Source: Spizellomyces punctatus DAOM BR117
Taxonomy: Eukaryota
Length of the DNA stretch: 64,000 bases
Direction: 5' to 3' (one strand)
NCBI GenBank assembly: GCA_000182565.2
Contig: KQ257450.1
The translations under genes were made by a program, and so were the position numbers. Below, piece by piece: positions 34,927 to 47,649 of this stretch (positions within the stretch are counted from its first letter, which is position 1; each line of letters starts with the position of its first letter). The notes under the pieces are model-generated. The model was not told the origin of the DNA. It saw only the letters and a list, made by a program, of their open reading frames with translations, and ran no database searches.

Positions 34927-36496
34927 TCAATCATCATCACCATCGTCGTCCAATCCTTCCAAATCTTCTCCCTCGAAGAGGTCTTCTGCCACATCCACCC
35001 CATTCGTCTTGCTACTGAGAGCTTCGCCTTCTTTTGACTCGGTAGAAGGACCCTGAGATCCATTTGGTGCCCCGTTCGTGGGCGGTATTTCCCCTTCATC
35101 CCCACTATCATCTCGGAGGTATTCCTCCATGGCGCCATCCTCATCATCTTGGTCGCCGATAGCCCATTCAGGGTTGAAATCGAATAGCTCTCTTCCAGAA
35201 AAGGTCATTCCGCTCTTCATTCCAGCTTTGTACTTGTCGTACGCATCCTTCTTTTTCTTCGATTGCGCCTCCGCCTCCGCCTTTTCCCTTGCCTTTCTGT
35301 CAGCCTTCCACGCTGCAAACGACTCGGCAGTTACAGGTGTCAAATTGGTTCCCAGTTTGTGTCGCTGGACAGTTGCATGTTAGTACTCCATGTCAAATAC
35401 CCACACTGTAGCCTCACAGTACCTCAGTCTCCAGGAAGTCTTCAATACTGATTTGGTTTTCCCGCTCGGCTTCCTCACGCGCCGCTCGCTCCTCTGGTGT
35501 CTCCTTCTTTTTGAGAACAAAACCAGGTGGCAGAGCGTGCCGATATTTACATTGTTTGCCTCCATTCGGACATTCCCAGAACCATCCGTACTTTCTCGAC
35601 TCGATCGCTTCCAAGAAAAACTTGCATACAATGTCCGTCGGCTTGTTGAGGTTATCGGTTCCGCCGTGTTTCTGATTGACAGCATCCTCCAATTTGGCTT
35701 GATCCCAATTATCCATTGTGTCTGACAGACCAACGTAAGAAAACGGTGTCGTGACAGAGAAGCGGTTTCTGCTACCTACCATCTTCCTTATCACGGGCAT
35801 CTGTGTATATATCCGCTTTCGCTGCTTTCCGTTCTACGTCCAGATCGTGAGAAAACTTGCATCGTGTACCTTTCTGACATTGTCCTGCCTTGAAAAATGC
35901 ACAGACGATCGTCTTCGGGTCCACTCCTATATTGGCAGCTTTCAAAATACCGTTCTTGTTATTTTGCAGAAATTCCTAAAAGCCTACATACCGAAAGGAA
36001 CCTTTTGCTGAATTTGGACCGGTTTGAATAGCTCCGCTAGTTCAGCCTTTTTTGCAGCTTCAGCAGCCTTTTTGTCCGCAACCGTAGCCTTTCTTGCTTC
36101 TGCTTCTTTCTAAATTACCCATTGATATCACCCTTTAGAAATTTTAAAACATTGTCCAGGTTTCGTATGCATCGTACCTTATCCTTTCGGTTTCCGGCCG
36201 AAGAAGCCTGATCAGAACGAATCTGGTTATAAAACCGCTGGCGAGAGATAGTAATATGAAAATGCTAGAGCTTCCGCACATACCTGTTGCTGTACTTGCT
36301 GGACGTATCTATTGACCTTTGCTGATTTGTTCTTGTTTTTAAGACCAAATGTCTTCCAACCCCACAAGTTAGTTTCTTTCATAAAGCTCTGATTCACACA
36401 TTCAGAGTGGGTCAATTAACGACTTATGCTCACCTTATCCTCTACAGATTTCTGCTTGGCTTTTTGCTCTGCCTTGGGGGCCTTCTTTGGAGGCAT
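34927..36496 (-). CDS. TMA46: Tma46 / ZC3H15 (DFRP1) CCCH zinc-finger protein
   Basis: MPPKK...[15 protein letters not shown]; two CCCH fingers ([49 protein letters not shown]); [18 protein letters not shown]. Confidence 0.95.
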
Positions 36497-36766
36497 GTTT
36501 GTGGAGTTCCAGGCAATGTAGGTTCAGAGCTGTGTGAGGTTTCTGCCCAAGATTCCCGAAATTGACTGTGCCTCTTACTCACGTGATTTTGTGCGATAAA
36601 GTGCGGCTCCAGTCACACTCCAATGGACTCAATGCTCGCGTCACACCCTTCGGACATCACCGATTTGCATCACACGCGTCGTCCCCCCCCCCCCCCCCCC
36701 AGCGTGCTGCGCATGGGTTTTTATTCCCCTTACTGAACAAAATCCGGGAGGTTTGTCATCGTTCAG

Positions 36767-38236
36767 ATGGTTCATCATCTAACTCACGACTCCCCAAATG
36801 CTGTTCAAGAACTCTTCCTTGATAACCAGAAAATTCCAACCATTCGTCATTTGCTGTCTCCGGACGCGGCCACGTCTCTTGCCGAGTATGTGAATCTAAC
36901 GCATTTGAGCCTGAACAATTGCGGTCTAGGATCATTAGAGGGGTTTCCAGATTTACCGCATCTTCAAAAGGTGAGTATGTGCTTACGCAGTACGTTTCGT
37001 CAAGTCGATTGGTTTGTTAGCCGAGGAATATGACCTGAATGTGCTTCCTCGTTGCTTGTTTGGATTCATTCGTCGTAGCTGGACCTGGGGGACAACAAAA
37101 TATCGGGTGAACTAGAGGCATTGAGCAACCTTCCCAGCCTTGAATTTTTGGATTTGAGCAACAACCGTCTGGATAGCATAGCTTCCTTGCAACCCTTGGT
37201 AGGCAGCACAATGTCGGGAACTTTCCAGAACCAGTTTTCTGACTAGTGCAATGCTTGCAGCTACATCTACCGTCCCTCCGTCACTTGAATTTGCTTGAAT
37301 GTGATGTTACGAAATCGAGCGGGTATCCCCAATCTGTCTTCACGTTGCTTCCCCACCTCGTCTCATTGGATGACAAAGACCGTAACGGGAACGAAGTAGA
37401 CACATACAGCGAGGAAGATGACGAGGAAGAAGAGGAAGAACCTGATTTGGAAGAAGAAGATATTTTTGAAGAATTTGATGAGGGAGCAGGTCCTGAGGAT
37501 GATTTTGACGAACTTGAGGAGCAAGTTCAGGAACCTACAGAGGCAGACTTTGACGAGGATGAGGATGACGACAATGATGACGAGGGTGAGGCTGAGGGTG
37601 ATGATGATGTTGAAGGTGACGAAGATGAAGATCTTGATGATGAAGACGAAGTAGATGATGATGATGATGGGGACGATGACGATGATGGAGAGCAGGGGGA
37701 GCAAGACGGTGATGACGAGACGGGATACCCAGATAGAGGCGGAAAAGGACTACCAAGCTCGACAATTCACGCGCTTGACACGGACGACGACGATGGTATA
37801 GGCAATGAAGAGACAAACGAAGGAGTTTTTGGGGACGATTTTGGGGATGAGTTTTCAGGCATCGGTCTAGAAGCTGATTTATCATATCTTACCAATCAAA
37901 ATACCACGGAAACAGGGGAAGAAGCGTTAAATCTGAACGATTTTGGGGAAGCGTCGGGGGATGAAAGGGGGGAGTCTGACGAGGACGACAGGATTGCGCA
38001 AACTACTCCAGGGTATGTTCCGCAGGGTCATAAACGAAAGCGGAATATTGGAGAAGAGTTTGGGCTTGGGTTGGATAACTTTATGGATAACAATGGCGAT
38101 CAGGTGAGAGCACTTTTGCGATACGAGAACGAGTTTTCTCTTGATTTTAACCAAAAACAAAATTCGGATACAGCTTGGAGATTTTGTGAATGATTGGGAA
38201 GAAGGAGAAGATCCTGCCTTCAAAAAAATAAAATAA
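36767..38236 (+). CDS. ANP32: ANP32-like acidic leucine-rich nuclear phosphoprotein
   Basis: VQELFLDN, LSLNNCGLGSLEGFPDLPHLQKLDLGDNKI, LRR cap (VFTLLPHLVSLD), long D/E tail and KRKR NLS. Confidence 0.85.
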
Positions 38237-38832
38237 ATTGAATATCTCAGCGTCTGTGGACGCGACAATAAGGGTTGTTACACCCTTTTTGCTTTGGATA
38301 GTGTAAATCCTGCCCCAAAGATTGACAGTCGATAATCTGTTGCACCGTCAGAACGTCGGTTTAGATTTAGGCAGATTACAAAATGCTAGTCATTGTAGGC
38401 GAACAGCTATGGCGATTTTTGACAAGAAAACTAGAAAAGGCTCGATCCCTAATTCACAATGATAGCCATCAAAGGCACATCAACGAGCAATACAGAAATT
38501 TAACGCCAATTTACAAATTAACGAGCAAGTGCAAAAGTATAATACCAATTTACAACCTCAATAGAAGTCGGAAAGTCCTTGTGTATAGCATGGGCAATAT
38601 CTGCATGGTAGTTGCGAATCCGGTTATTAAAGCCAGTATAAAAACAAATGACCGACCCTGATTGAGAAATGAAATCGTGGCAATACGTTGCTTACATAAC
38701 CATCGGAGGTTCGCCCTCAAACAAGGATATCGCCAAGAAAATCCTTTAAAGCTTGGCTGGTCAAACGTCCTAAATACTTGCAAAACTTGGCTGGTCAAAA
38801 GTGCCGACTATCGTTTGGATAGTAACTTTATC

Positions 38833-41800
38833 ATGGAGATTCCGACTTCAAATGCACGAAAAAGAAGCTCTATGGAGAGTCAGATACCTCCTCCCTGGTT
38901 GAAAAGGTTATCATCGGTAGGAGAAGCTGGAGGGAAAGACGACCAAGTAATGATAACAGTCCGAAAAGATGGAAAACGGGAGATTTTAGTTCATTATGAC
39001 CAGGTGTTTGCCAATCATTTTATATTTTGGGAGAGTAGTAAACTAGGAACTAACTTATGAACTGAAACTCTTTATAGGATGCAGCGCTTTTGGACGAGAT
39101 TTTCAGACGGAAGCGGGGTGGAACTGATTATTTAGGTGCTTTGGACTTGTTTTGTAGGTTTACTGTCAAACACAAAGTTTGTAGTAAAAAGTAGGATATT
39201 GACCAGTTTACCTCTGATAAAAAAGGTCCGATGGGTGGAGACGCACTAGTAAAAGTCGCATACGCCGATCCAGAAACACATTGGGATACAATCTTGCTTT
39301 TCAAGACCGGAAATGCCCGGCACGCAAAGCTTCGGACGGCATTTGAACATGCCCTTCTTTTGGATGGTCTTATTCTCGAGCGGGAAGAGGATGCGCATGA
39401 GCCTAGTAGGGCGTATCTGAAAGTCATGGTGCCTTTTGAACGTCTTTGCTGTGAAGCGGAGCGTATGAAGTTAAAAACCCCAATTCAGTCAAGTCAAACA
39501 AGTGCAAAGTTTGCTATCCGTCAAGGCAGTATACGTTCAAATAAATTGAATGCGGACGAAGTTTGGTCGGGTATGATTAATTTCATGCGTACGGCTTCTA
39601 CGAAACGCCAGTCGATTACATTCAAGAAAACGAAATTGGCGGCTTTTATGGGAGGGAATGCTGATGTGTTTGCACCTCAAGATATTCAGTTGGGCTTTTT
39701 TAGCAATGCCCAGCGCAACTTATTGGTAAGTACCACAGTAAAGAAATCATTTATTGGACAACTCCACTAATACGGCGTACTTTAGGCCTATAACATTATC
39801 GTTCGCGCCAGATTGAAATCTCTCGGCAAACAGTATTCACGGAAAGGTTGCAGACATTTACGGACCATACTATGCGACTCTTACTGTTTATTGACGGTTG
39901 TTGTTTGTGTGTTTCTGTAGACTTTCACAAGCTTCTAAACGACGGTGTCTTTACGGTGAGTTTCCGTATAATTGAATTGCATCAGGTAAGTATATCGCAC
40001 TAAAACCAACAATAATAGGATATATTTCCACTGCACGACGGACCAGCGCGGATGGTGCACCCAACAGCGAAACCAAACCGACGTTCAGAAATGTTTAAAT
40101 TGTGGAAAATATCGGTATACAAGATTCCTCTAGACGATTTTAGAGATTATTTTGGGGAGCGTATTGCTTTTTATTTTGCATTTTTAGGTAATTGAAACTT
40201 TATTGTTGAAAACCCATGTGGTAGATATCCTAATCCGGTGTCGGTTGCAGGTCATTTTGGTCGCTGGTTGAGTATTGCGGCCATAGTTGGCTTGGTGACA
40301 TTTCTCTATGGATTATCGATGGCGATAAATGCGGGTGCGCTCGAGTAAGAAAAAGTCATTCTTTGTTGCTGCCATCGTCAATTTTTTGCTAAGGTCTGAT
40401 GGCGAGTTTTCTAGTGCCCACCCAAAAAATATTGCAAGCATCAAAGTCGATAGTGCATTATCCATTATTTTTGATAATCGTTTGACGATGCCGTTTGCTT
40501 TTTTTCTGAGTGTTTGGGTAAGTGACTCTTGTTATTTTCTTTCCTGTATTCTCTAACAGCTAACTGAGCATATCACTGCCAGGGTATGCATATCGTTACT
40601 GCTATCGAGCATAATTGCGAGCACTATTAGTGAACACAATTACTTATGATAGCAACATTATATCTCGAATTCTGGAAACGACGGAATGTGCGATTGGCAT
40701 GGTGGTGGGACGTGCTACATTTCGAAAAGGATGAAAGAACACGTCCTCAATGGTACGAGCTTTTTTTTCGTAGCATTCGTCCAACTCTAAAGTTAACCAA
40801 TAAAGAACGATTACAGGTATGGCACTACTGTCAAACGTAACCCAGTAACCCATCGAAACGAAGCGCATTTTCCAGCGTCACTGCGGCGATTGATACTTTG
40901 TGGAACTATTACCGTCATGCTTTCTGCAGTACGTGGACAATTTGGGCAAAACTTTCATGATATGTCAATGCCGAAACCTATAAATACTTTGTCGTTTAAC
41001 AGATGCTGATTGTTGTGGCCACGATCGCTGGTTTCATCGTAGTCAACGTCTACCTGCGATGGTACTTTGACACGTACCTGCCAGACTATGATCAGTATGC
41101 GGGTGCCTTGAGTGCATTGGTTTCATTGGTGGTGATGACTGCTCTGAGACCATGTCTTGTAAGACTTTCAAAGTAAGTAGCCACAGTGAAATTACAATAC
41201 GTGGGGAATGACCGTATAGATGCTTACTTGTCCAAAGATTTTTGACGGATTTGGAGAATCATAAGACGGAGACAATGTATCAAGACTCTTTAACGGCAAA
41301 GAACCTCTTGTTCGACTTTTTAAACACGTTCGGGTCACTGTTTTACATTGCCCTCATGAAAATTTGGATACAGGTTGAGAATCGTATTTCCGAGAGTCAA
41401 CCCAATTTGGGAATGTCATATCTGAATGGGTCTTTTTTTGCGCTTAACCATATAGGACGGAAAATTGAACATAATGGGTCATACGGAATGGCACGATCAA
41501 TGCTTGTACGAAAACTGCATGCTGGATCTAACAATTCAAATGGCGGTCGTATTCATGGGACAAGGGTTCTTGGAGCAATTACGAAACTTTATCCTCCCGT
41601 ATGTACACACATGTATATCGTTGACTGTTTTGTATTTCGACATATTCATCCTACTACCAGGTTCTGGACAGAGTCATGGCGTAAATCCCGTAAAGCACCT
41701 TTAAACGCCGAATCAACCGATATGGAAATGAATACAGCCGTGTCCTCGCAGTATGAAGAAGATGCAAAGTTGTTGCCTTTTGGAATGTCTGACGGGTTTA

Positions 41801-42621
41801 CTGGTACGTTACATTAGGACACTTGTAGACTGCCAAGCTTACGCTATTTGGACTTGCAGATGGGTACAATGGGACTGTTATACAGTTTGGATTTATCGTT
41901 TTGTTCGCTGTGGCATTCCCTCTTGCGCCATTACTCAGTATCATTCATAACGCATTGCGAATGCGAATAGGTGAGAAGGATGCTGTGATTCATGTTTGTA
42001 GTAACCAATCGCCACGACTCATGTTGAAAATATTTTAGACGCATATAACCTTTTGACGAAATTCCGACGACCCTACGCATTTCAAGCTGAGGACATTGGT
42101 GAGAATAAATAGTGCACTACTTGTTAGGCATTTGAATAACAACATGAATCCACCGTCTCAGGAATGTGGCACAACTGGTTGGAAGCCGTGTCCTACCTTG
42201 CAGTACTCGTCAATGCCTTGACCATCGCCTTTGCATCACCTTATTTTGAGGTTTAGTTCTATTGCACTGTATGATCATTTTTGCTTCATTGCTGACGTCT
42301 TGTTAATAGGCCAACTATCTCAATTTACTTGGAGAGAGCACCGAGCGTCAATGGACCTTGCGAATTGCTTTCATCCTGATATTTGAAGTAAGTGTTTTTT
42401 CCCTCGTGCAGTGTTTTTTCACGCTCTAACACCTTTCACAGCACGTTGTCTTTGGCATCAAAGCACTTGTTGCATGGTGGATACCCGATATTCCTTATGA
42501 TGTCAAACACGCGATACAGCGAGAAGAGTACATAAATAAGGGAGAGTTGGATGAAGCAGATGCTGATGCTGATGATGTGGATCCAGATACACTTCGTCAG
42601 AATATGTGTCGCATTATGTAA
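38833..42621 (+). CDS. Anoctamin/TMEM16 family scramblase or channel
   Basis: FPLHDG, PLDDFRDYFGERIAFYFAFLG, LYLEFWKRR, LTDLENHKT, QFGFIVLFAVAFPLAP, AEDIGMW, IFEHVV; many short introns. Confidence 0.92.
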
Positions 42622-42974
42622 TAGGTAAGGCAGCGCTATGAAGGAGAACTCGAGTTTATACCCATAAAAGTTATTTAGAGTAGTGTAGTTGGGTGAACTT
42701 TGACGTATTGGATATTTGGAAATAATATTGTATAAGGGGGTCTTAAAAGGCACACGATGTGCGAAATAAATTGAATATGAGAAGAACAGAGCTATCTAGC
42801 TGGTGCATGTGCATGTCGTTGAGTAGTGTAACGGTTCTGAGAAGTAACTCCAAATTGCCAGGTAAATACTAGAGTTGCATACTGATGAATCATGGTCGCT
42901 CTGTTGGATTCCCACCTGCCCACCGGTACCAGGAGATAATAATTAGTTATATTAACGCTTCCGCAACCACAGTC

Positions 42975-43046
42975 GGGGGTTTAGATCAGTGGTAGATCGT
43001 CCGCTTTGCATGCGGAAGGCCGCGGGATCGAGCCCCGCAACCTCCA
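42975..43046 (+). tRNA. tRNA-Ala(UGC), copy 2
   Basis: Identical 72-nt sequence to copy 1. Confidence 0.96.
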
Positions 43047-43718
43047 TTTCCTCATTGCAGTGCCCTCTTTTTGCATCAATTGCCGTCATGGTAAACTGCT
43101 GAACACAGGCCCTGTTGTTATCCAGCCATGGCAGAGACCTGGGTGCAATGGATGCTTCAAGCTGCAATTCTCAAGAAAAAAAAAAAAACAATATAATGTA
43201 TTGACCAGCAGTACACCCCATCTATATTCTGTCCTTTTTCCCTACCCGCTAGAACGACCCATCATAGAATTAAAAGAGTTTCCATATAAGCTAAAAGGGG
43301 AAATCGAAAAATGAGGTCCTAGCACAAAAAACAAAGAACTGTAACCTGCACAATCCAAACCCTACCAAATACCTCCCCAAACTCTACGCCAAAAATAAAA
43401 CTCGTATATATATACATGATAAACCAAAAATTCCCCATCCATCATATTCCACTGGGACCTTTTTTCCTTTTTTTTCCCAACGCCATTTCCCTTTTGTTCT
43501 GGGGGTATACAGTTGTGAAATAGGGGGAAAAAACGCTTTGAAAAAAAAAAAGAAAAAGAATAACTAGGACGAATCTATACACTTGAAAACGCTTTTGAGG
43601 TTTTGGTTTGGTTTTTTTCTTATCGGATTGGTTTTTCGTTTTTGTAAACATGTTGCGGGACAACTTTTGTCGGTTGCGGTTCTTTCGAATCCATTCGCGA
43701 AATGTCGATGAGATATAA

Positions 43719-44965
43719 TCAATACGCATTTTCTTCTTCGATCCACCATCGCTTTGCTGCAAGTCGCAGGATCTGCTTGTTTGGGATCGGTGCTGGGCTG
43801 GGCCGTGCAAGGACGGTATCCATTTCGTTACGTATGGCATTCCGCTGTTCAAACAGGGTTTCCTTGGCTGATAAAGTTCAAAGAGATTAGAAAATGACTA
43901 CGCCCAGAAAGGAAATGAAAGATGGTAATACATACCAGCCCATCTCTCCCAAAAGTCCCGTAATCTGCGTTCTTTGAGGTCCCCAGAATGAGCTCCCACA
44001 AGGGTTCTTCTATGGTCATCAGCGGTTCGACTGGTAGCACTGTAGCCAGTAATCGGAGAGAATCTCGCGCTTTTAGGAGAGGTCGGTGTGCGGGCACGAA
44101 GCTTTTTTAAAGAATCACGACGCTGCGTCAGCGCTTCCGAAATCTCTTGTTCTGTTCGAGGGGACACCACCGGTTGCTTGGACAGGCTGCTCAGCTCTGT
44201 TGGTGATGTACGGAGTTTGCTAAGGAGCTGCGCACGTTGCTTTCTACGTTGGACTTCCTCAACGTCTTGACGAGCTTCCTCGTGCATCCAAGGGTGTGTC
44301 CGCAAGTTTGATAGGAATTGTCTGCGGCGCTGCTTTTGCAGCTTGTCTTCCTTTAACAGTTCCATTTGCCTGTCGTGCCAGGCCCACCATCTTCGTAGAC
44401 GTGCCTGGTCCCACACGCGTAGAATCGCTTCTTGACGGAGATCTCGGGGCTTTTTGGGCGTAACTTGGTAAACTTCAGGTATATAGGTATGTTTTGGAAT
44501 GGGAATAGGTGACGATGTGGATGTTGTGCCAGGAAGACGCTGTTCTCTTCTTTGCTGCCGGGCGACTCGAGCAGAGCGCAACTTGTAAACGACCAAGTTA
44601 ATGGGCGACGCTTCGGGTGGGAGAGAGGTTTGGGAGGAAGGGATTTCATTCTGATGTGGAGGTTCACCCAAGCAAGACAAGGAGAGAGTGGCGGATTGGA
44701 AATCGCCGGCTGCGGCATTGTTGTCGATGCTCGCCAAGAATTCTCGCAGCAAGCTTAGAGCGTTTTCTACAAATTCTGCAAATGGACAGTCGTTGTCAAT
44801 GAATATTGCGCTGGTAAATAACATTTTGCATGAGAGAGGGAGCATACCATTTCTGACCGACACTGGTACCGGCACCGACACCTTTTGTGAAAGAGAAGGC
44901 TCTCGCAAGGACGATGTTTGAAGCTTCATGGAAGCCAGTTGAGGTGACTGCAACAGCGCAGACAT
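43719..44965 (-). CDS. Hypothetical Arg/Gln-rich helical protein
   Basis: 355-aa ORF plus a terminal exon (ETLFEQRNAIRNEMD...LRLAAKRWWIEEENAY*) after a gtatgt..ag intron. No family recognised. Confidence 0.65.
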
Positions 44966-46209
44966 GGCTTAAAAACGTCTTTTGTGTGTGTGTGTGCAGA
45001 ATAGCGTCCGCACAATAAAACAATGCGTGTGTTGTTGTTCGTGAGAAAACGGTATCTGTTAAGTCTATGCAAGAGAAATTCCCCGTGTGCCAAGTATAAA
45101 CAACCAAGCCAAAAGGGAAAAAAATGAAGGAGTGATGACGGGCTCTCGCTGGGGGGAGGATCCTATGTTCTTTTAAGGGGGGAAGCGTCGCGGAAATAAA
45201 TATCGATTGTTCTCGTTTTTTGGGTGTTTTTTGTTGATCCAAACGATATTCTTGTTCTTGACCGTTCAGAGCGACCTCAACATGACGTGTGTGTAGTTGG
45301 TGGATAGCGCCAGGGTATTAATAATGATGACGATGCTCGTTGCAGTGCAGCAAGCGAGACCAAAAAGGCTAGGGTTGAAATGACGATGAAATCGAAAGGG
45401 TATGGTTATAAAAAGCCGTTGAACGAGAAGCAAGCAGGAAAGTAGGAAAGCAAAGGTGGCGATGAAAAAAGGGTAGATTTGTTAAACACAAAAATAGAGA
45501 GAAATCCCGGGTCTTGTCTAGTGGAAATACTATAAACCTTTTTTCTTCTTTTTTTACTTTTGGCCGTTTTTTCTCTCTCTCTCTTCTCTCCCTTCCCCTC
45601 ACGCGCGCGCTCTCTAAAAGAAAGATGGGGGCCGAGTAATTCACAACAAAAAGAAGAAGAAGAGAGCGGCAACTTTCTTACAGAGTGTCCAATTGCTAAA
45701 ACAACAATGAATAATTACTAAGTGTTACAACTCTCTCTACTACTAGTCATTTTCTGTTGCTGTGACCCACACACACATCCTTACTACCAATAATAACCAA
45801 TTGAACAAGTGTTTCCAACTCGCTTTTGTTACTCTCCTTCTTCTTTTACACAACAGCTGACGGCCCACTATAGGAACAAACTTTCCCAATAGAAAATTAC
45901 AATTGGAGAAATTTGTATGCATTTTTTGAAACTTTTTTTGGTGAGACGACTTTCCCAGTTGTAGCCCCCATTTCGAGTTCTCCCATTTTGTCCCATCCAT
46001 TTGGATTCCCGGCAATTGGAGTCAGACCGGAGGCTTAGTCGCGAGGATAGGCACGTGTGCATCACGCCACACCGCTTATGCAATCAGAACATTCCCAACA
46101 TTTATTGCAATAGAACAAAAAATCATTTGAAAAACAACCCAACACACACACACAAAAGTAAACTGTACAAAAGGATTTACATGAAACAACCCATAGCCAT
46201 TTTATTCTT

Positions 46210-47649
46210 TCATGCCTGAATTTGACTAGTGCTGGACTCGACCGCTTCCGCCGCTCCCGCCACGAGTGCCTCCCCAATCGTCAGTTTCACCCGCTTTGCC
46301 TTGACTGCTGGTTTCCCGCTCGCGTCTCCCCCGCGTTTCCTCTTGGTCATCTTGGATGCATCTGCTATGGGATCCGGAAGGGGAGTGCGGGGTGTGTAGG
46401 CTGCGGAATGGTGGGGTGGAATGTATGGGCTGTAGTTGACACTAGGATATAGGGCGGGATGGAAGGGAAGGGCCGAGGTGCCAAATGGTGAAAATGACGT
46501 TGTAAAGGGTCCACCGCTGAATGGTGTTGTGGTGCCAAAGTGGTTCGATGTTGGCGGATGAACATACGGGTGCTGGCGCTTGTTACGGACGCGATGGGAT
46601 GGAGGAGAGACGGTGGGGTAAGGCGGAAATGAGCTGGGCATGGGAGGTGGCGGCATTTGAGCCGATGGATGGCGCATTCGGTTGGTGTGAGACGACATTC
46701 TAGGTGTCGATACCGGTGCACTAGAGCTGGATCCGTTGGTTCTATGAACGTCGTCTCCATAGTTACCAACGTCGCGAGCAGCCTCATACCAATTGGTAAT
46801 CATCTGCATGTCCATGACCGTTGGCACTGTGCTGGTGGCGTGACTTTCTTTTTGCGCCTTACGACTCGACGACGCTGCCGGAGCACTGGCATTGGACCCC
46901 GTAGATCCTTCGTCTGGGGATGGGCTAACGGGTTTGGCCGGACAGACAAACTTGATGTAGACGCCCGTGCCCTTGATTCCCTTGCCGCCAGTGTTGAAAT
47001 GAGACGGTAAATGTTGGTATGTTGACGGCAGAGTATCAGCAAAAGGTGAGGCAAACGAGAAAGGAAAGTAGCCGCCGGCAAGTTGAGGACTTTGATACAG
47101 GCCATTGGCCGTTCCATCAGTGTCCAAAGGACTCGGCTCGGCTCGGGCTAAACCCATCTTTTGTATTTCCCGAGTATCCACGGGAATGTTGAACGGATCT
47201 GGTGGTATAATGGATGACAGTGCGGACACGGCTGAAGTTGCTGAAGCAGGATAGTGACGAGAAAATTCATACGTAGGGTCGTATCGTGACCGGCTGCCAG
47301 TGCCTGCACGAGCGCCAACCATCCCTCCAACCAATCCTTTACTCCCTGTAGTCTTTGACTCCAAAATGTTGATCAGGCCAATTTGGCAAATAGCCCCCCA
47401 CGGCGCAATGTACCCGCAGTTGCCAATGTCTTCTCTGGTCCATTTTACATGATTCAGATAGTGATGAAGGGAAGCCACTGCCGGTAAAAAATCTCTCGAT
47501 CCAGCAAGCTCAACAAGGCGCTCAAATGCTTCACAAACGATGGGATCCAGAGGAACCGACAAATCTAGTACCAGGCGAGCAAGATCTTCAATCTCTCGAA
47601 TGTCATGAATGTGACGGGCAGATGAAAAGATTGGTGGCGGCTCAAGCAT
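46210..47649 (-). CDS. Hypothetical protein, probably nuclear (globular N-terminus, Pro/Ser/His-rich middle, C-terminal bipartite NLS)
   Basis: 479-aa intronless ORF with an in-frame stop upstream of the ATG; KRKR-x9-KAKRVK near the C-terminus. Confidence 0.7.
   Translation of the reverse strand: MLEPPPIFSSARHIHDIREIEDLARLVLDLSVPLDPIVCEAFERLVELAGSRDFLPAVASLHHYLNHVKWTREDIGNCGYIAPWGAICQIGLINILESKTTGSKGLVGGMVGARAGTGSRSRYDPTYEFSRHYPASATSAVSALSSIIPPDPFNIPVDTREIQKMGLARAEPSPLDTDGTANGLYQSPQLAGGYFPFSFASPFADTLPSTYQHLPSHFNTGGKGIKGTGVYIKFVCPAKPVSPSPDEGSTGSNASAPAASSSRKAQKESHATSTVPTVMDMQMITNWYEAARDVGNYGDDVHRTNGSSSSAPVSTPRMSSHTNRMRHPSAQMPPPPMPSSFPPYPTVSPPSHRVRNKRQHPYVHPPTSNHFGTTTPFSGGPFTTSFSPFGTSALPFHPALYPSVNYSPYIPPHHSAAYTPRTPLPDPIADASKMTKRKRGGDASGKPAVKAKRVKLTIGEALVAGAAEAVESSTSQIQA

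Noticed and set aside
43075-43170. Possible structured RNA downstream of tRNA copy 2
   Set aside because: Only weak pairing and no clear C/D or H/ACA boxes.
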